The notes below the pieces were generated by a model, which did not search any database, was not told where the DNA came from, and saw only the letters and a program-made list of their open reading frames with translations. 64,000 bases of DNA, taken from Camelus ferus. Taxonomy: Eukaryota. Positions 1-13,525 of this stretch are shown here, one piece after another (the first letter of the stretch is position 1; each line of letters begins with the position of its first letter). The DNA lies in contig NC_045723.1 of NCBI RefSeq assembly GCF_009834535.1, positions 2,914,001 through 2,978,000 of the forward strand, given 5' to 3'. Both the position numbers and the translations under genes were made by a program.

Positions 1-1007
1 GCCGACTGGCGGCCACCACGGTTACCCCGGACAGCACGCTGTGCACCACTCTCCCCCTCACGCACGCACACAGGACAAGAGACTTTGATGCCTTAGTGGG
101 ATTGGAGTGTCGTTAGATGGTTTTGGTGGGTAGGGAGAGACAGGTTATCCAGGTTTTGCTTTAGCCCACAGTCTCACCTGGTAAGGTCCCCAGGTTACAA
201 AGGGAGTAATGAGAAAGGAAAGCAGAGTATTTCTATTATAACCTGAGCAGATGTCAGAAACCTAAATTCAGAGATCTCTGGTAAAATGAGGTAGATCAGG
301 TGGGCTTTGAGACTTAAGAGACCGTTGTCAGTCCCCGCCCAGACCCAGAGTTTACCACCAGCTGGTGGAGCAGACACCAAAGAAAAGAGAGCACACAACC
401 CCAGGGGGTGGGAGGGGCGAGCACCCAGGAGCCGCATTTTAATGACCAGTGACCTTGCTCCCTAGTGCGTCACAGTCTCAGCAATGTCCTGACGTGGGAC
501 CTTGTATTTCCTCCTTCTAGGTGGGCGGTGGGTTAGGGGAATGGAGTCTGGCAAAGAGCTTCCCCTAATATACAGCAGAATTGAAACTGCCTGCCTGGAA
601 TTCCTGCTACTCCAGGATGAGGTGGGCTGAGAGAGAGGCCTGTTCTGCACTTGCCTCAGTCTGCTGGGAATCACACCCCTGCTCCTTGGGGGGTCTTCAT
701 GGGCCCAGGACCCTCCCACAGATGACAGAGAACAGTTCCTTGGACTAGGCCACCCTGATATTATATTTTTCTTTAAAAAAACATAACACTGACTGTTACT
801 ACTATGTTAAGGGGTTGGTGATAGTTTGGAGCTCTTTAATCTATATTGAAATTTTTCATGAGTCTATAGAAAAATGAGAAGAACAAGAGCAATATAAATA
901 TTTATAAAAATATGTGTGTGTAAACAATTAACAAAGTTATAAACACCTTTTCTGTTTTGTTTTTAATAGAATGAATGCTGGAAGTGTCCTTTTCTCCTCT
1001 GTTTTCA

Positions 1008-1139
1008 NNNNNNNNNNNNNNNNNNNNNNNNNNNNNNNNNNNNNNNNNNNNNNNNNNNNNNNNNNNNNNNNNNNNNNNNNNNNNNNNNNNNNNNNNNNNN
1101 NNNNNNNNNNNNNNNNNNNNNNNNNNNNNNNNNNNNNNN
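1008..1139. other. Assembly gap (132 N) within L1
   Basis: Direct reading. Confidence 0.99.
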
Positions 1140-1324
1140 GACTATTTAGATTTTCTGCTTCTTCTTGAACCAGTTTCAGTTGCTTATGTCTTTCTAGGAA
1201 TTTTTCCATTTCGTCTAAGTTACCTAACTTGTTAACATACTGTTGTTCATAATATTCCCTTATAATACTTTTTTCCCTGTAGGGTAGAGAGTAATGTCCC
1301 ATCTTCATTCATTGTTTTTAACAC

Positions 1325-1453
1325 TTTTTTTTTTTTTGATGTAGGGGGAGGTAATTATATTTATTTATGTATTTAATGGAGATGCTGGGGATTGAACCCA
1401 GGACCTGGTGGATGCTAGGCACCCTCTACCCCTGAGCTCTACCCTCTCCCCCC
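1325..1453 (-). mobile_element. tRNA-Ala-derived camelid SINE (Vic-1 type) inserted into the L1 fragment
   Basis: Reverse complement gives gggagagggtagagctcaggggtagagggtgcctagcatccaccaggtcctgggttcaatccccagcatctccattaaata...aattacctcccc plus a poly-A tail. Confidence 0.85.
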
Positions 1454-1758
1454 TGATCTTTAATTCTTGATTTTAGCAATTGGAGTCTTCTCTATATTTA
1501 AAAAAATTTTTTTGGTCAGTCTGCTAAAGGTTTGTTAATTTTGTTGGACCCTCTCAAAGGACCAAATTTTGGTTTTGTTGATTTCCTCTTATTTTTTATT
1601 TGGTTTGATGTTAAAATATCCGTTGTTTTATGAATAAAGGTAGTAAATAGTAGGAATTTCTCCTCCTTCCCCTGCCACCAACATCCTCACATTTGCAAAA
1701 TAAAAGGTTAGAAAACCTGTTAGACTTCCCTCTATAAGCATAAGCGTACAGGTATGTT

Positions 1759-1775
1759 CACACACACACACACAC

Positions 1776-1810
<35 letters not shown>
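1759..1810. repeat. (CA)n microsatellite with one CG interruption
   Basis: Direct reading. Confidence 0.95.
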
Positions 1811-1811
<1 letters not shown>

Positions 1812-3045
1812 TCAGATTTCACCAGTGAAGTGCAGAGGCCTAAGAATCACTGTTCTATTACAACATTTTAAAATCTCACTTTATACCCCAAATTGTGATT
1901 CTTCGTGTTCAAAATTTTCTAGTTGAGTCTATTAAGAGTTTGCTCTGTATTGGAGTGTGATTCCTTCTGTTAGATGTGTCCAGGTTGCTTTGGCCACACC
2001 CTGCTTATGCTCTTGGAACTTCTTGGTACTGGATTTCTTCTTTAGCCCAGTTGGCAACGTGGAGCAGAGTCACCACATACGCAGCGATGTGCGCACGCCT
2101 CCCCTCCCAGCCCTTTCCTGCTCGCAAGCTTGGGTCCCTGCCCTCCTGAGGGAAGCCTCCCACAGCACGTTCTGGGACTGCCCTGTAGGCTGAGCAGTGC
2201 GTTTGCCTGCAGGGCAGACACTGGCTGTTGGTGGATCACCTGCCATTGCCTCAGTGTGAGATGTCAGAAAATTTTTTTATTTTTGTGTGTTCTGCATGCT
2301 ATTTGTCTGTTTCAGGTTCCTTCAGTCTGCAAAATGTCAATGCACAGAGCAGGAACTTCCATGCGTTGTGGGTAGACCTCAGGCCTGAAGTCACTTCTTC
2401 AAAGTAGGGGCTGAGAGTTGACGGGACAGTGCCTTTACTTAGCCCAAGCAGATTGGTCTAACTTCTTACATTCAATAAATGGACAGAAACAAGTGTCTTC
2501 TTCAATGACCATTTTCTAGAAAAACAGAATTAGCAATCCTTAAGAATGTGAACAAATAAAACATAGTGTTTAATTTATATATGACAGAGGGTTAAATATA
2601 AATAGGCCCACGTTCCTCCTTGTCTCTTTCATTAGGGAGTTTTAGGGTACAGGGTAAGTGAACGTTTTCGCTCTTACCGCATGTTAGGCATTCTGCTAGG
2701 CTCTTCACACGATAACCGCATCTGATACAGGACACCTGTAAGACACACAGGCCCTAGTTTTCCAAGGAGGAAAAATAAGCCAGACCTTATGATTTTTAAG
2801 TGACTTACTTCAACTATAAAACTCAAAAATTACATGAGAATATATTAGGTATATGATGACACTTACTACCAAGTCTTGTGAATATAATTATTTTAATTTT
2901 ATCTTCACTGTTTCTATTAAGAATCTATTGATTTATGTATATGTTTACATGTCTGTATCTGTATCTACCTATGTATGTATGTTTTTGTAACGTCCAAAGC
3001 CTATACTCTGCCAAGTATTTTGGTAGTTTTCTCTTATTTCCTCAT

Positions 3046-3720
3046 TCATTCATTCCTTCATTCACTCGTTCAGTAAATATTTAAGAAGCATCACCTGTAT
3101 GCCAGCTTCTGTGCTAAGTACTGAGAATACAGCAGTGGATCAGACACCAAGGTCCTTGCCCCTATAAAACTCATTTTGAATCTGATAGACAAACAAGTCT
3201 GCAACATAATTGTAAACCGAATCAAGTTCTATGAAAGAAATAAACAGAGTGGCATCTAAGTCAGGGAGGGAGTTGGCTTAAATAGAACTGTCTCTGAGGA
3301 GCTGACATTGAGGTATTAACTGAAGAGTGAGAAGATAAGCTGCTGGACAAACATTCCCATCAGAGGGATCAGCAGGTAAAGACTGAGGAACAGCTTTGGA
3401 TGTCGAAGGTGACACGAGGGGGATGAATGTAAAAGTTGAGGTCTGGGGAGTCAAGTAGGGCTTCCTGGGGCCCTGGGAGGGGCTTGGATTTTATTATAAC
3501 AGCAATTTAAGCAAGGGAGTGATGTCCTTTGATTTATGTGTTGTAAAAAGTCACTGTAGCTGCTTTTTGGAGAATGAACTGCAGAATGGTAAAATCTACT
3601 GCAGTGGTCCACTGAGAGATGATGATAGCTTAGACTTCTTGCCTTAGCAGCCAGGGGATGAGCCCACCTACCATGAAAGCTCAATTTTAGGAGAGCTTGC
3701 TAAGGTTTTTAACTATATTT
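3046..3720 (-). mobile_element. LINE-2 3' remnant (boundaries approximate)
   Basis: cattcattcattccttcattc...cagtaaatattt...tgtatgccag...gtgctaagtactgagaatacagcagtg is the typical reverse-complement L2 3' end. Confidence 0.65.
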
Positions 3721-6700
3721 TTCTGCCTAGAATGCCAAACTTAGAGACTGGTGCATTTTTAGAAGGGTCTTTACCTTCCTCCATTTCACCAACGTAGAAT
3801 TTTAAATGGACTCAACAGCACTAGAAGCTGGAGGGTGTTTTTAAATTCCCCTTAGGGAATTCAGAGTCTCTTCACCTTTCAAGACGTCAGACTACTAAAG
3901 CAAGCAGTTCCAAATATAAGTTCCCCACCTGTCCGTGGACAAGGTGCCCAGGCTCAGGCCTTCCTGACATTGATTATAATGCAACTTTGACAGTAGGGTT
4001 TTCCTCAACATTTACAAAGAATTAATGCCATATAAATGATGGAATAAGTTTGCTTAAAATGTCTTAAGAGACGCGTTTGTGTGAAGTTCCTGTGCTAATT
4101 GATGAGTAAGAATCACAAATGTACTGTACTTAATTTTACCAGCATCAGCTTGATCTGAGCCTTATCAAATCTGTGCACCTGGTGTTAAAAATACAATTGT
4201 TATATGCCGAAAGGTTATTTTTCTTGCTTTACTCAAACGTTAGTATAAATAGTTTCAGAATGCCTTGGGCCTTGAGTCTCACTTGAGAGTCACTGAGCAT
4301 TAGTTGCATATGAATGTCGTGAGAAAGGCTGGGACTATATTTAGAGCGTGTGCAAGCTGCCTTTCCTGGGAATCTTGCCATATTTTCTCCACTCTTGATC
4401 ATCTTTAAGTAAGCAGTAGTGACTGATACTAAAACAGATTGTTAGTATAAATATGCTTACTACAAGTTAATGATTATTTATTATTTTTCATTTAAAGCCA
4501 CCAGAATGAGCCAACTATTTAAGTGTTTTGTTTGTTTCACTTTGTTTTTGTTTCCTTGGAAAACAGGTTTTAACTGACTGAGGTTTTCTTTTTAATTGAT
4601 AATAAGTGAACAGTATAGACCATTTATATAAAACATGAGTCAATTGAAATTTTTTTTTTACTGTTAGTGTGACGTGTTTTAAGGTAATAATACTGAATAT
4701 TAAATTGTCCTCTGGTAAGGAAAATCTTCCAAAGTGGTATGTTTCATGTGAGACAAACGTTTTTTTCATTAACTATTTATTCTTACTACTTTCAGTGACT
4801 GTCTTTCAGTAAATACCATTGCTTAGCTGTATGTGACGTGGTGTTGGCGCAGTGTGCTAACACACCCAGGAGTGTTGTGCTAATTGCTGAGGAACCGCCA
4901 CTTAGTCTTGAAGCGTGTTTGAAAATGGTCAAGGTTCCATTGCTGCTGTGGGATAACCAGTAGAGCAAGTCAAAGATTTCAGAGCCGTGTGTGTCCTCTG
5001 AAAACTGCAAAGCTTTTACCATCATCTCTCTAACAAGTCTTGACCTCAGTGTAAAAGTGGCTAACTTGAAAAAATAGCAAAATTAGTAGAATCACAATTT
5101 TTTAAGATAGAATCTAATCCCCTAGGGTTTTACAGGTGGGAAAAATAAGGCCCAGAGTAAATGAGCAGCTTACTCAAAATCACACTTCGGGTTAAATAGT
5201 TTCCTTCAGAAAAATACCTAGTATACTGGTATCGAATAATGAAACCAAATGAAACTTTCTCTAGTTTATAGTTTATCTTACAGTCAAACAGTTTTGTTTT
5301 ATTGTTAGACACACATATACATACATGCATGCATGCGTGCATACATATGTACATATATACCCTTCAAGGAGTGAAGACATTCTTACTTTAAATGATTGCT
5401 ATTAGTTAACAGGCTTATTGATGATAAATACATTGAATCTCAGCCCTGGTTAGAGATTCCAAAGCAACTGAGGAGTCTCAAAGAAAAAGGGAGAAAGATA
5501 AAAGAGTTAAAACGCTGAGAGGGTCTGAGGCCAAGAGCTAAGGTAGGGAAGGTTCCCAGCAGAGAAGCAGGGCCGTCCTGAGGGCCGTCATCCCCTGATC
5601 CAGTAAAGGCAGGCCAGCAGCCGCGGCCACCAGCAGTGGGAAGGGCGGTGCTTGCTGATGGGCTCAGAAGCAGTGTCTGCCATCACTGTGTACACAACCA
5701 GCTCTGTCCTCTGTGATTGCAAACTCGGTGCCAGAGACAGTTTTCCAGCATACTCTTCTAGGATGCTTCTTGTGCCTTCAGAGGACTGTCCTTTGTTCTG
5801 TTTAGTCAGATTCCACCTTTACAAATGAGCAGAAAAGGTGTGTGTGGAGCTGAGAGGAGAATCTGGTGACTTGTGGGGCTCTGCGCCCCTGTTAGCGGGC
5901 TTGCCTGATGAGTGTTCCCTTCTATGGGAAACCCCAGGCTTTGACAACAAGTTTATAAAACCTCTGAAAATCAGCAAAAACCCCAGAAGCATTTTGAAAC
6001 CAAAGTAAGATCCAGATTGAATTCTAAAGGGATACTCCTGATCAGGATTTGTGTACGAAACCATCATTTTCATTAATAAATATTTGGGCAAATAGGATGC
6101 CAGGTGACGAGCCCTGGACCAAGTCAGGACACCTGGCTTCCATGTCTACCTCTTGATGCCTAGCTATTGAAACATCACTCCGTATTGCAAGGTGCCCTTC
6201 ACATGGAAAACAGGGAGGGAAGTTGGTGTTCTTAACATCCCTTCCAATGAATAATGCTTTGTGTCAGTGAGGATAATCATTAAAAACTAACTGCACTTAA
6301 GTATTATTTGTCTTTTAAGTTTGCTCAAAAAGTACAAGGTTTTAATTATTTTTTCATTATTTGAATACAGAGAGATTTTTTGAGTGGAAAGCGATCTGAC
6401 CTCTTCCAGATTGCATGACCCTGCGGTCCACCTCACTGTTCACCCCGTTCCCAGCAGCGGGCATCGCTCGCACAGCCTCACCCAGCAGAGCAAACACCAT
6501 TAGAAATGGGGTCTGCAAAACTGCTTTGGCAAAGGGGCACCAGCTCCCATATATGTGCACCCTTTGTCTTCATGGAGTCAACATTATATTTAGTGTTGTT
6601 GGTTTCTTTAAAAGGGACCCTACTGTACATCTTCATGTCTCTTCTTATATACGGATCAGGCATTCATTTAAAAAATAAATAACCTTTTTTTCCTGTTTTA

Positions 6701-6970
6701 TGTAATCATATCCACGGTACTAGTTTGTCTTGAGATTTTTTTGCGTTCACTTGTCTATCATACATTTTTCTGCTGGTCATCATTTTATTTCATAAAGATA
6801 GTCTAATGAAATTAATTTGAGGTTTTACCAGTTTGGCCTGCTTCAATTAAAGAGACTACATAAAGTTAAACTTTTCAAATTTTGATTCTGCTTGACTTTC
6901 CCAGTACACTTTTCAGTGTAAACTGAACAATTAGACTAAAATAATGCTGCATAAATTTTTCTCTTTGCAG

Positions 6971-7079
6971 AGTGTTCGACCTACACCACAAAATGATGCT
7001 ATAACAGTACACTTTAAACCAATTACTTTAAAAGCTTCAGAAAGTAAATACACCAAGGTTGCAAGTATTAGTTTTGATG
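6971..7079 (+). CDS. TMEM131: TMEM131 coding exon (window exon 1; about human exon 12): SVRPTPQNDAITVHFKPITLKASESKYTKVASISFD
   Basis: Acceptor ttctctttgcag|, donor gatg|gtaagt; 109 nt, phase 0 to 1; translation matches TMEM131 as recalled. The upstream exon was not found in 1-6970. Confidence 0.96.
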
Positions 7080-9433
7080 GTAAGTATTCAACTTTTTTCT
7101 CTCTAATAGAATGGTCTTATTTTGATAAATTAGAAGGCATCTACATTGACATCTTTATATAGAAACACAGATCATTTTACAGTCAGATTCTATGTTACTG
7201 GTTAGGTTGGGCTTTCTTGTAAGCCATCATGAACTCTTATTTGATTGTTTCATAAAGAAAATATAACTTCATAAACCTGAATTACAGTTAACAAATACAT
7301 CAGGATTGGAATTAAATTGTTGTAATCTGGGCTCTTTCACACGTATACATTATGCTTTGCCTTAATTATGAAGTCATTAGTTATTAATTTTTATAATTGA
7401 GTGATAATTGAATTTCAGAAGTGTTTGAATTTAAGAGCAGAAATAAAGTACTTTGTGTAACATTGGTATGTATTGGGTTTTATAAACAAGACAGGCCGTC
7501 CTACCTAAACTAAAATAACAGCCTTTGTGATAGAATTCTCAAATTAGATGACTGTTATTTCAAACATGTATATTGTGTATTTTGACTCTTGAAATATTGA
7601 CCCAGACTTTAACATATGTTAATTCCATGTATTTATTCAGTTTTGTCTACTTTGCTAGAACATTTACTGAATTTCTGGGCATAAAACTTTTTAAATAGTG
7701 TCTTTAGGACCGTCTAACTGCATTGTACATGTAATTAAGTTTGATGAAAACTGAACCTCCAAATGGGGCTTTTCTCATAAGGACACATTCAAGTGAGGAA
7801 CCCTTAAGCTTAGACTTTGACTTCATGGTAAAGCCATCTTTGCTCATGTGGACTATCTTACAGCTAAGCTTCTCATCAGAAGAGAATATCTGGTCACTGA
7901 GTGACCCACTGGGTGTCACACGGGGTTTGTGAGAGCATCTGTGTTTACTTACTGCACACACATGCGAGTTCTGGGGAAAATCTGGAGCCACTGCACAGGC
8001 TGGCTGCCAGCACACTGTTCCTCCCATGAGCTCAGAGAAGACTCGCAATCAAGTCAAGACTAAATAGATGGCATGTTTTCATGATCCAGCTGTCAAGAAA
8101 TAATCAGTATTGTAGACAGTTTGATGCCACAGTTATTTCCACATTCCGATTTATTGTCTTCCATGTTGCTAAGGTAACAGTCGTGACCACCAGCGTCAGT
8201 ATCAGTGTGAGCAGGTCCATTCTGTTCCCTCACCAAGAAAGAGAGTGACCAGTCATCATTTCTAACCCCAAGAACATATAGGACCCATCCTGCTGATAAA
8301 CCAGGGAGTGGGGGGTACACCCTGGGCAGCTGTGCTGGGTGGTTCTCCCACACTCTTCTCCTCCAGCTCCTGTGCTGACAGCCTGGTGACTTTCTCCTGT
8401 GGTAAATTCATGTCAGTAATGGTGGTTCTTCCGAGATCATAGACTCTAGAAGTATTTCTTAAAGAAATTATGTAAAATTTAAGACAAAGGGAAAGTGTCT
8501 TTTAAAGCAAGTGCTACATTTCTTACAAGTGGTTTTTAGTGTCATGGGAAAATCCCACCAGCTCCCACCTCCCCACCCTCACCCCAGATTCCAATTCAAA
8601 ATGCCACTGAGATTGCTGTGAAAATCAGTCAGGAAATGTATGTTTTACTTAACTTTTACGTTTTTCAGAGTGCACCATATATATTAATTAACTCCATGAT
8701 ATTCACTTACCAAGCAAGCATCTGTCTCATCAGTCAGGGCACTAATCTTTGTTTTTTAACTGAATTTTCTTGAGGTCTTTGACCACTTTATTTGTTAAAA
8801 TATAACATGACAAGATACTGTGCAGCTTCCAAATTATGGTCCTTATGATCAGCCTTATGTCAGAATAAATAGCGAAAAAATAAAAGCATCCAGAAATGGC
8901 TATACATACAGTAAGTAGGAAGGAATGAGGCTTAATGGGAGTTTTAAAAATCTGAATTCACACCGTCTGTACATAGCCACAAACTAGATGTCATACCATT
9001 TTTTTGTTGTTCTTTTTTGTGCTACAGTTGTATAACACACATTTGCAGAACTTACATATAAATTCTTCTCATAAGTGGAAGTGTTCCTGAAGTACTTTAA
9101 AGAGGGTAAAGATAAACAGCTTCTTTATTTGCTGTGAAAGGAGCATCTAATGGGTACCCAGATTGGATCCTACTGAATCTATTTCTGTAAATCCAGATGG
9201 AATTGTTCACAAGTGCTACAAAATGTAAAGGTTTTACTTCGTCTGTGAGGACAGTATGATGGCAAGGGAGGGTGAGGGTGTGTGGCTCCTCTGACACTAT
9301 GAGTTAGGGTTGGCTAATAATAATAAGTCAGAGCTCGTAACTCTTAACATTTCTTGCACCATGCTGCTTTACTGCTATTTATAGCAAGACTCTGGCCACA
9401 CAAGGAATGTTATTTCTTAATACAGCTGTAAAC

Positions 9434-9662
9434 CAGCAGTTCTTAATGTGGGGGATGGGGATGTGGGGGGAGGGGCGCAGTTTTGCCTCTCAGGGGACAT
9501 TTGGAAATGTCTCCAGACACTTTTGGTTGTCATGGCTGATACCTAGCAAGCAGAAGCCCCGGATGCTGCTAAACATCCTGGCTGCACAGGACAGCCCTCC
9601 CACCCCCAGCAGAGAATTTACCTGGCCTGAGACTTTCATGGTGCCAAGCTTGAGAAACCCTG
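9434..9662 (+). mobile_element. MER20 (hAT-Charlie MITE)
   Basis: cagcagttctta...ttttgcctctcaggggacatttggaaatgtctccagacactttt...gatgctgctaaacatcct...cacaggacagcc...cttgagaaaccctg follows the MER20 consensus as recalled. Confidence 0.85.
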
Positions 9663-9970
9663 CTGCAAGTGAAGCCAAAGCCCATGGCTCCAGAGGTGTA
9701 GCTCAGACACAGTGTTTTTCCCTCCTAAGTTGTGTCCATTTGCTAATTCCTTACCTGTTTATCTCATCGCAGGAAAATTAAAATATCTTTCATTTTTTCT
9801 CTGAAAACTGTGGTATTTGACTTAAAATGTTGTAGAAGTATTCTGTTTGCCAGTTTGAAAGCCCAGCTTTCTGTTTAAGATTTTGTCAATCCTCACATAG
9901 TCACTCTAATACTCTGTGTAAACATTTTGATAGCAAAAGGTGACAGATTATTTTTTATGCTTCCTTTCAG

Positions 9971-10079
9971 CATCAAAAGCGAAAAAACCATCTCAGTTTT
10001 CTGGGAAGATAACTGTTAAAGCAAAAGAAAAGAGTTATTCTAAACTTGAAATACCATATCAAGCAGAGGTTTTAGATGG
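9971..10079 (+). CDS. TMEM131: TMEM131 exon 2: (A)SKAKKPSQFSGKITVKAKEKSYSKLEIPYQAEVLD(G)
   Basis: ttcctttcag| ... gatgg|gtgagt; 109 nt; phase compatible with the preceding exon. Confidence 0.96.
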
Positions 10080-10851
10080 GTGAGTTTCTCTTTAAAATAA
10101 ACTTTGTATAACTTTTTACTAATCAGTAAATTCTGTTTTCCTACTAATTGACCTTAGCAAAAGTAGTAGCCAAATTCACATAAACTCCATGGAATTAGTG
10201 TTGAGAAAATCAACTTCAACTATAAAAGAGAAAAATCTCCTGTATTAGGGGTTTGTGGGGTTTTTTTAACTTTTTTTTTAGAAGAAAAAGATAAATGGGA
10301 TGATATGATTAGGGCTTACATATTATTTAAGTCTTAATGATTCCATAATACAGTAGAAAAATGAATCTCTGATTTTTAAATCTTTTGAGTCATTTCCTTT
10401 CTATAATTCCTTTTGTAACATGTGAGTGGCTATGGCTCAGTATTGACATATACATCACTTGAAACAAAATCATTTATATTCCTTTATGTTGTTAAACGCT
10501 GTTCTAGAGTTATAGCTTTTTATAGATGGGCAGTAATATATAGTTTGTTTTCTGATTATACTTTAACCAGCAATAGTTTAATATCCAACTTGGTAGAGAC
10601 TGATTTTAACAAAGCTGGTTGCAGTTGAATGATAAACATGATTTTTTTTAAGTAGCTTAAAACTTTTTTTTTTGTTAATACATCCCTGATTCTAATTCTT
10701 TGATTATATGTGATGCAGTGGTGAATAGTTCTTTATATTACACTTTAGTATTTTGCAAGCTAAATTTTGCTTTAAATCATGTGGTCAATTACTAAAATAT
10801 TTATACTTTCAATTCTCTAATGACAATCCTTAATGCTAAACGTAAATTATT

Positions 10852-11054
10852 NNNNNNNNNNNNNNNNNNNNNNNNNNNNNNNNNNNNNNNNNNNNNNNNN
10901 NNNNNNNNNNNNNNNNNNNNNNNNNNNNNNNNNNNNNNNNNNNNNNNNNNNNNNNNNNNNNNNNNNNNNNNNNNNNNNNNNNNNNNNNNNNNNNNNNNNN
11001 NNNNNNNNNNNNNNNNNNNNNNNNNNNNNNNNNNNNNNNNNNNNNNNNNNNNNN
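10852..11054. other. Assembly gap (203 N) covering most of a TMEM131 exon
   Basis: Direct reading. Confidence 0.99.
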
Positions 11055-11087
11055 TTACTACCAGAAGAAGCCAAAACAATGTTTAAA
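10934..11087 (+). CDS. TMEM131: TMEM131 exon 3, mostly inside an N gap; only the 3' end LLPEEAKTMFK (11055-11087) is visible; start is estimated
   Basis: tta cta cca gaa gaa gcc aaa aca atg ttt aaa|gtatgt directly after the Ns. Start inferred from the recalled 154-nt human exon (YLGFDHAATLF...). Confidence 0.8.
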
Positions 11088-11178
11088 GTATGTCCGGGAA
11101 CCCCCATACTTTTCATTTTACTGATCTACCAACCAGACGATGCTGACGTCCTGTGTTTTTCTCTCCCGTCATTTCCAG

Positions 11179-11349
11179 GTTCACAACTTCAGCAAACCAG
11201 TCTTAATTCTTCCAAATGAATCAGGATATATTTTTACTCTGTTTTTTATGCCATCCACGTCATCCATGCACATAGATAATAATATCTTACTTATTACCAA
11301 TGCTTCTAAGTTTCATTTACCTGTGCGGGTATATACAGGCTTTTTAGAT
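11179..11349 (+). CDS. TMEM131: TMEM131 exon 4: VHNFSKPVLILPNESG...VRVYTGFLD
   Basis: atttccag|gtt ... gat|gtaagt; 171 nt = 57 codons. Confidence 0.96.
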
Positions 11350-12397
11350 GTAAGTATGTTATCTACCTTTCCACATTTAAACTCCCTGCCCATCTCTTGT
11401 GTTTTCAGCTATTATTAGGCAGTCTTGTCGCACGCTCTTAAATTTTGCTGTTTTCTGTGCTTTACAGGTGATTCTAATTCCTCCCTAGTCAGTAGTGACA
11501 AGATAACTGATTTTCACCCCTCCTCATGATACAGTTGAATCCCCCTAGTTACAGTGTCCGTTTAGCTCTTTCCCGTGTGGTACTTTCTCTTGGTTTTGCT
11601 TTTAAACTGTTATAGTCATGGGGAAGCTAAAAATGAACGAAATGGAAGAAAAATAATAAGCAGGAAAAAAAGACAAGGGGGTAAAAAGGAAACTATGCAG
11701 GGAGATGACCATCCCAGGAAATTTCAGGATGAAGAAAGAACCAGATAATAAAGAGGAAGGTAGGTGGGAAAGACACAGTTGGAACGGTAATCTAAATACG
11801 GCACAAAAGGAAATAAAGATCTTTCTACTGCAGAAAATAAGCCCCCCCCAAATAAAATCCAAGCTAAGCTGTCCTTAGAGTAATCAATGAAAGAAGTTTA
11901 GGTAAGAAATAAAACTGATAGGAAAGACAAAAAGAAAGTGAAAACATGTAGAAATGTAGTTTTTCAGAAAACGAGCATCAATGAGAGTTTTAGAGCCAGA
12001 GGGACCTTCAATATTATACCATTCCTTCTTCATTTCTTTTGCTTAAATGATCGCTGATTTGTAGCTGCTTTCATGAATGCATGTTATTTGCTGAGACCAG
12101 GGACTTTCTGCCTAATTCCCTAGGTCCCCCCTGAACCTCTCCTAGTACTCTAGCTTCCTGCTGCTTTCATGTGCCGTCAGCAGAGAGCTAGCTGCTCAGT
12201 AGAGGCCAGGCGTGTCCTCATTCCTGACTACTCGAAACATTTCCACTGTGCGAAGTTCTTAGTCATCTATTATATATGTGTGTATATACATAAAATATGC
12301 AAACCTTAGTACATCTTAACATAGTTGCTTTTTCTTGATAATTCTTTCATATAAGTGTGACTTTACATTTAATCTAGTCCCTTTTTTATCTTTCCAG

Positions 12398-12508
12398 TAC
12401 TTTGTATTACCCCCCAAAATAGAAGAACGTTTCATAGATTTCGGCATTCTGAGTGCTACAGAAGCAAGTAATATTTTATTTGCAATTATAAACAGCAATC
12501 CAATAGAG
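12398..12508 (+). CDS. TMEM131: TMEM131 exon 5: YFVLPPKIEERFIDFGILSATEASNILFAIINSNPIE
   Basis: tctttccag|tac ... gag|gtaaaa; 111 nt. Confidence 0.96.
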
Positions 12509-12597
12509 GTAAAAAAAAATCTGTTTTTATTTTGTCACATTGAAGGAATTTATGCTAGCACTGCAATAATCACTTTCGTCTCTTTCTGTTTTTGAAG

Positions 12598-12732
12598 TTG
12601 GCTATAAAAAGTTGGCACATCATAGGAGATGGTTTATCAATAGAACTCGTAGCTACTGAAAGAGGCAACAGAACTACAATAATCTCCAGCCTTCCAGAGT
12701 TAGAAAAGTCCTCTTTATCAGACCAGTCCTCA
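12598..12732 (+). CDS. TMEM131: TMEM131 exon 6: LAIKSWHIIGDGLSIELVATERGNRTTIISSLPELEKSSLSDQSS
   Basis: tctgtttttgaag|ttg ... tca|gtaagt; 135 nt. Confidence 0.96.
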
Positions 12733-12939
12733 GTAAGTAAACTCTTTGATTGTTTGCTTAAACTTAGATGTATGTGTAAACCTCAAGGAAAAGACTATTC
12801 CTCGTAATATTTTTATGAGATTCGTAATAGCACTGGCTGTTTTATGTTGAAAGGACCTTCTAGGTGATCTTCTTCAACCCCTCCTTTTACGATGAGGGCC
12901 CTTGAAGCCCAAAGGAGTTGAGTTGTAACACAGGTGTCA

Positions 12940-13525
12940 TCACAGGAGACGTTCCCATAGGTACTAAACCAGCCCTGTGTTCACTGAATTCACTTGGCAA
13001 AAGAGAGAGCCCCGCACGTTGGTAGAAAGCGTTCTCACTTACACAGTGGTATTTCCGGCCAGGTCTCCGTACTGACTAGGAGAGAATCTCAGTGAGCCCC
13101 ACACCTTCTCTTTGACCCTCTGTGGGTCTCCCCGGGTGCTTTTACTCTGTCTTATATAACTATGTACAGTCGGTCACGTAAGAGCATGAAACAGGAGAAG
13201 GTGAATCCATCGGTCTAAGCCTTCCCCACTAGCGAGTTAGGTACCTCCTCGGAACAGAGCTAACAAGAGTCACTTTGTGTGACTTCACAGGAGCATGATG
13301 TGTCTCACCTATAGGTTAGGACAGACCTTCTTGAGGCAGTTTTACAAAAGGAAAAACAAATGTCCTTATTCACAGAGATCTTTGACACAGATGCTTTCAA
13401 GGAGCCCCATAGGTTATAAAAATCGGTTTAACAGTTTGTACTGGAAGGGCCCCCTAAAACGGTTTTTCTGAGGCTCAGTTTGGCGGTGTCTGCCACTCCT
13501 GGAAATTCTTCCCATGGAAGCAATT
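12940..13525 (-). mobile_element. Possible old solo LTR (family unassigned)
   Basis: GC/CpG-richer ~580 bp island in an AT-rich intron; minus strand begins tgcttccatgg; overall LTR-like texture only. Confidence 0.3.

Larger units (their letters stand above)
950..1620 (-). mobile_element. LINE-1 ORF2 fragment, interrupted by an N gap and a SINE
   Basis: Minus frame IIREYYEQQYVNKLGNLDEMEKFLERHK...EEAENLN matches the L1 ORF2 motif IIREYYEQLYANKLDNLEEMDKFL. Confidence 0.85.

Noticed and set aside
971-1235. ORFs spanning N runs (also 10801-11219 and 54686-55064)
   Set aside because: They are artefacts of translating assembly gaps; the informative parts are L1 or the TMEM131 exon end.
1-6970. Additional TMEM131 exon (expected DLPKVLNLHLLNSGTKDVPIT)
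   Set aside because: No matching sequence with splice sites was found by eye; it probably lies upstream of the window.
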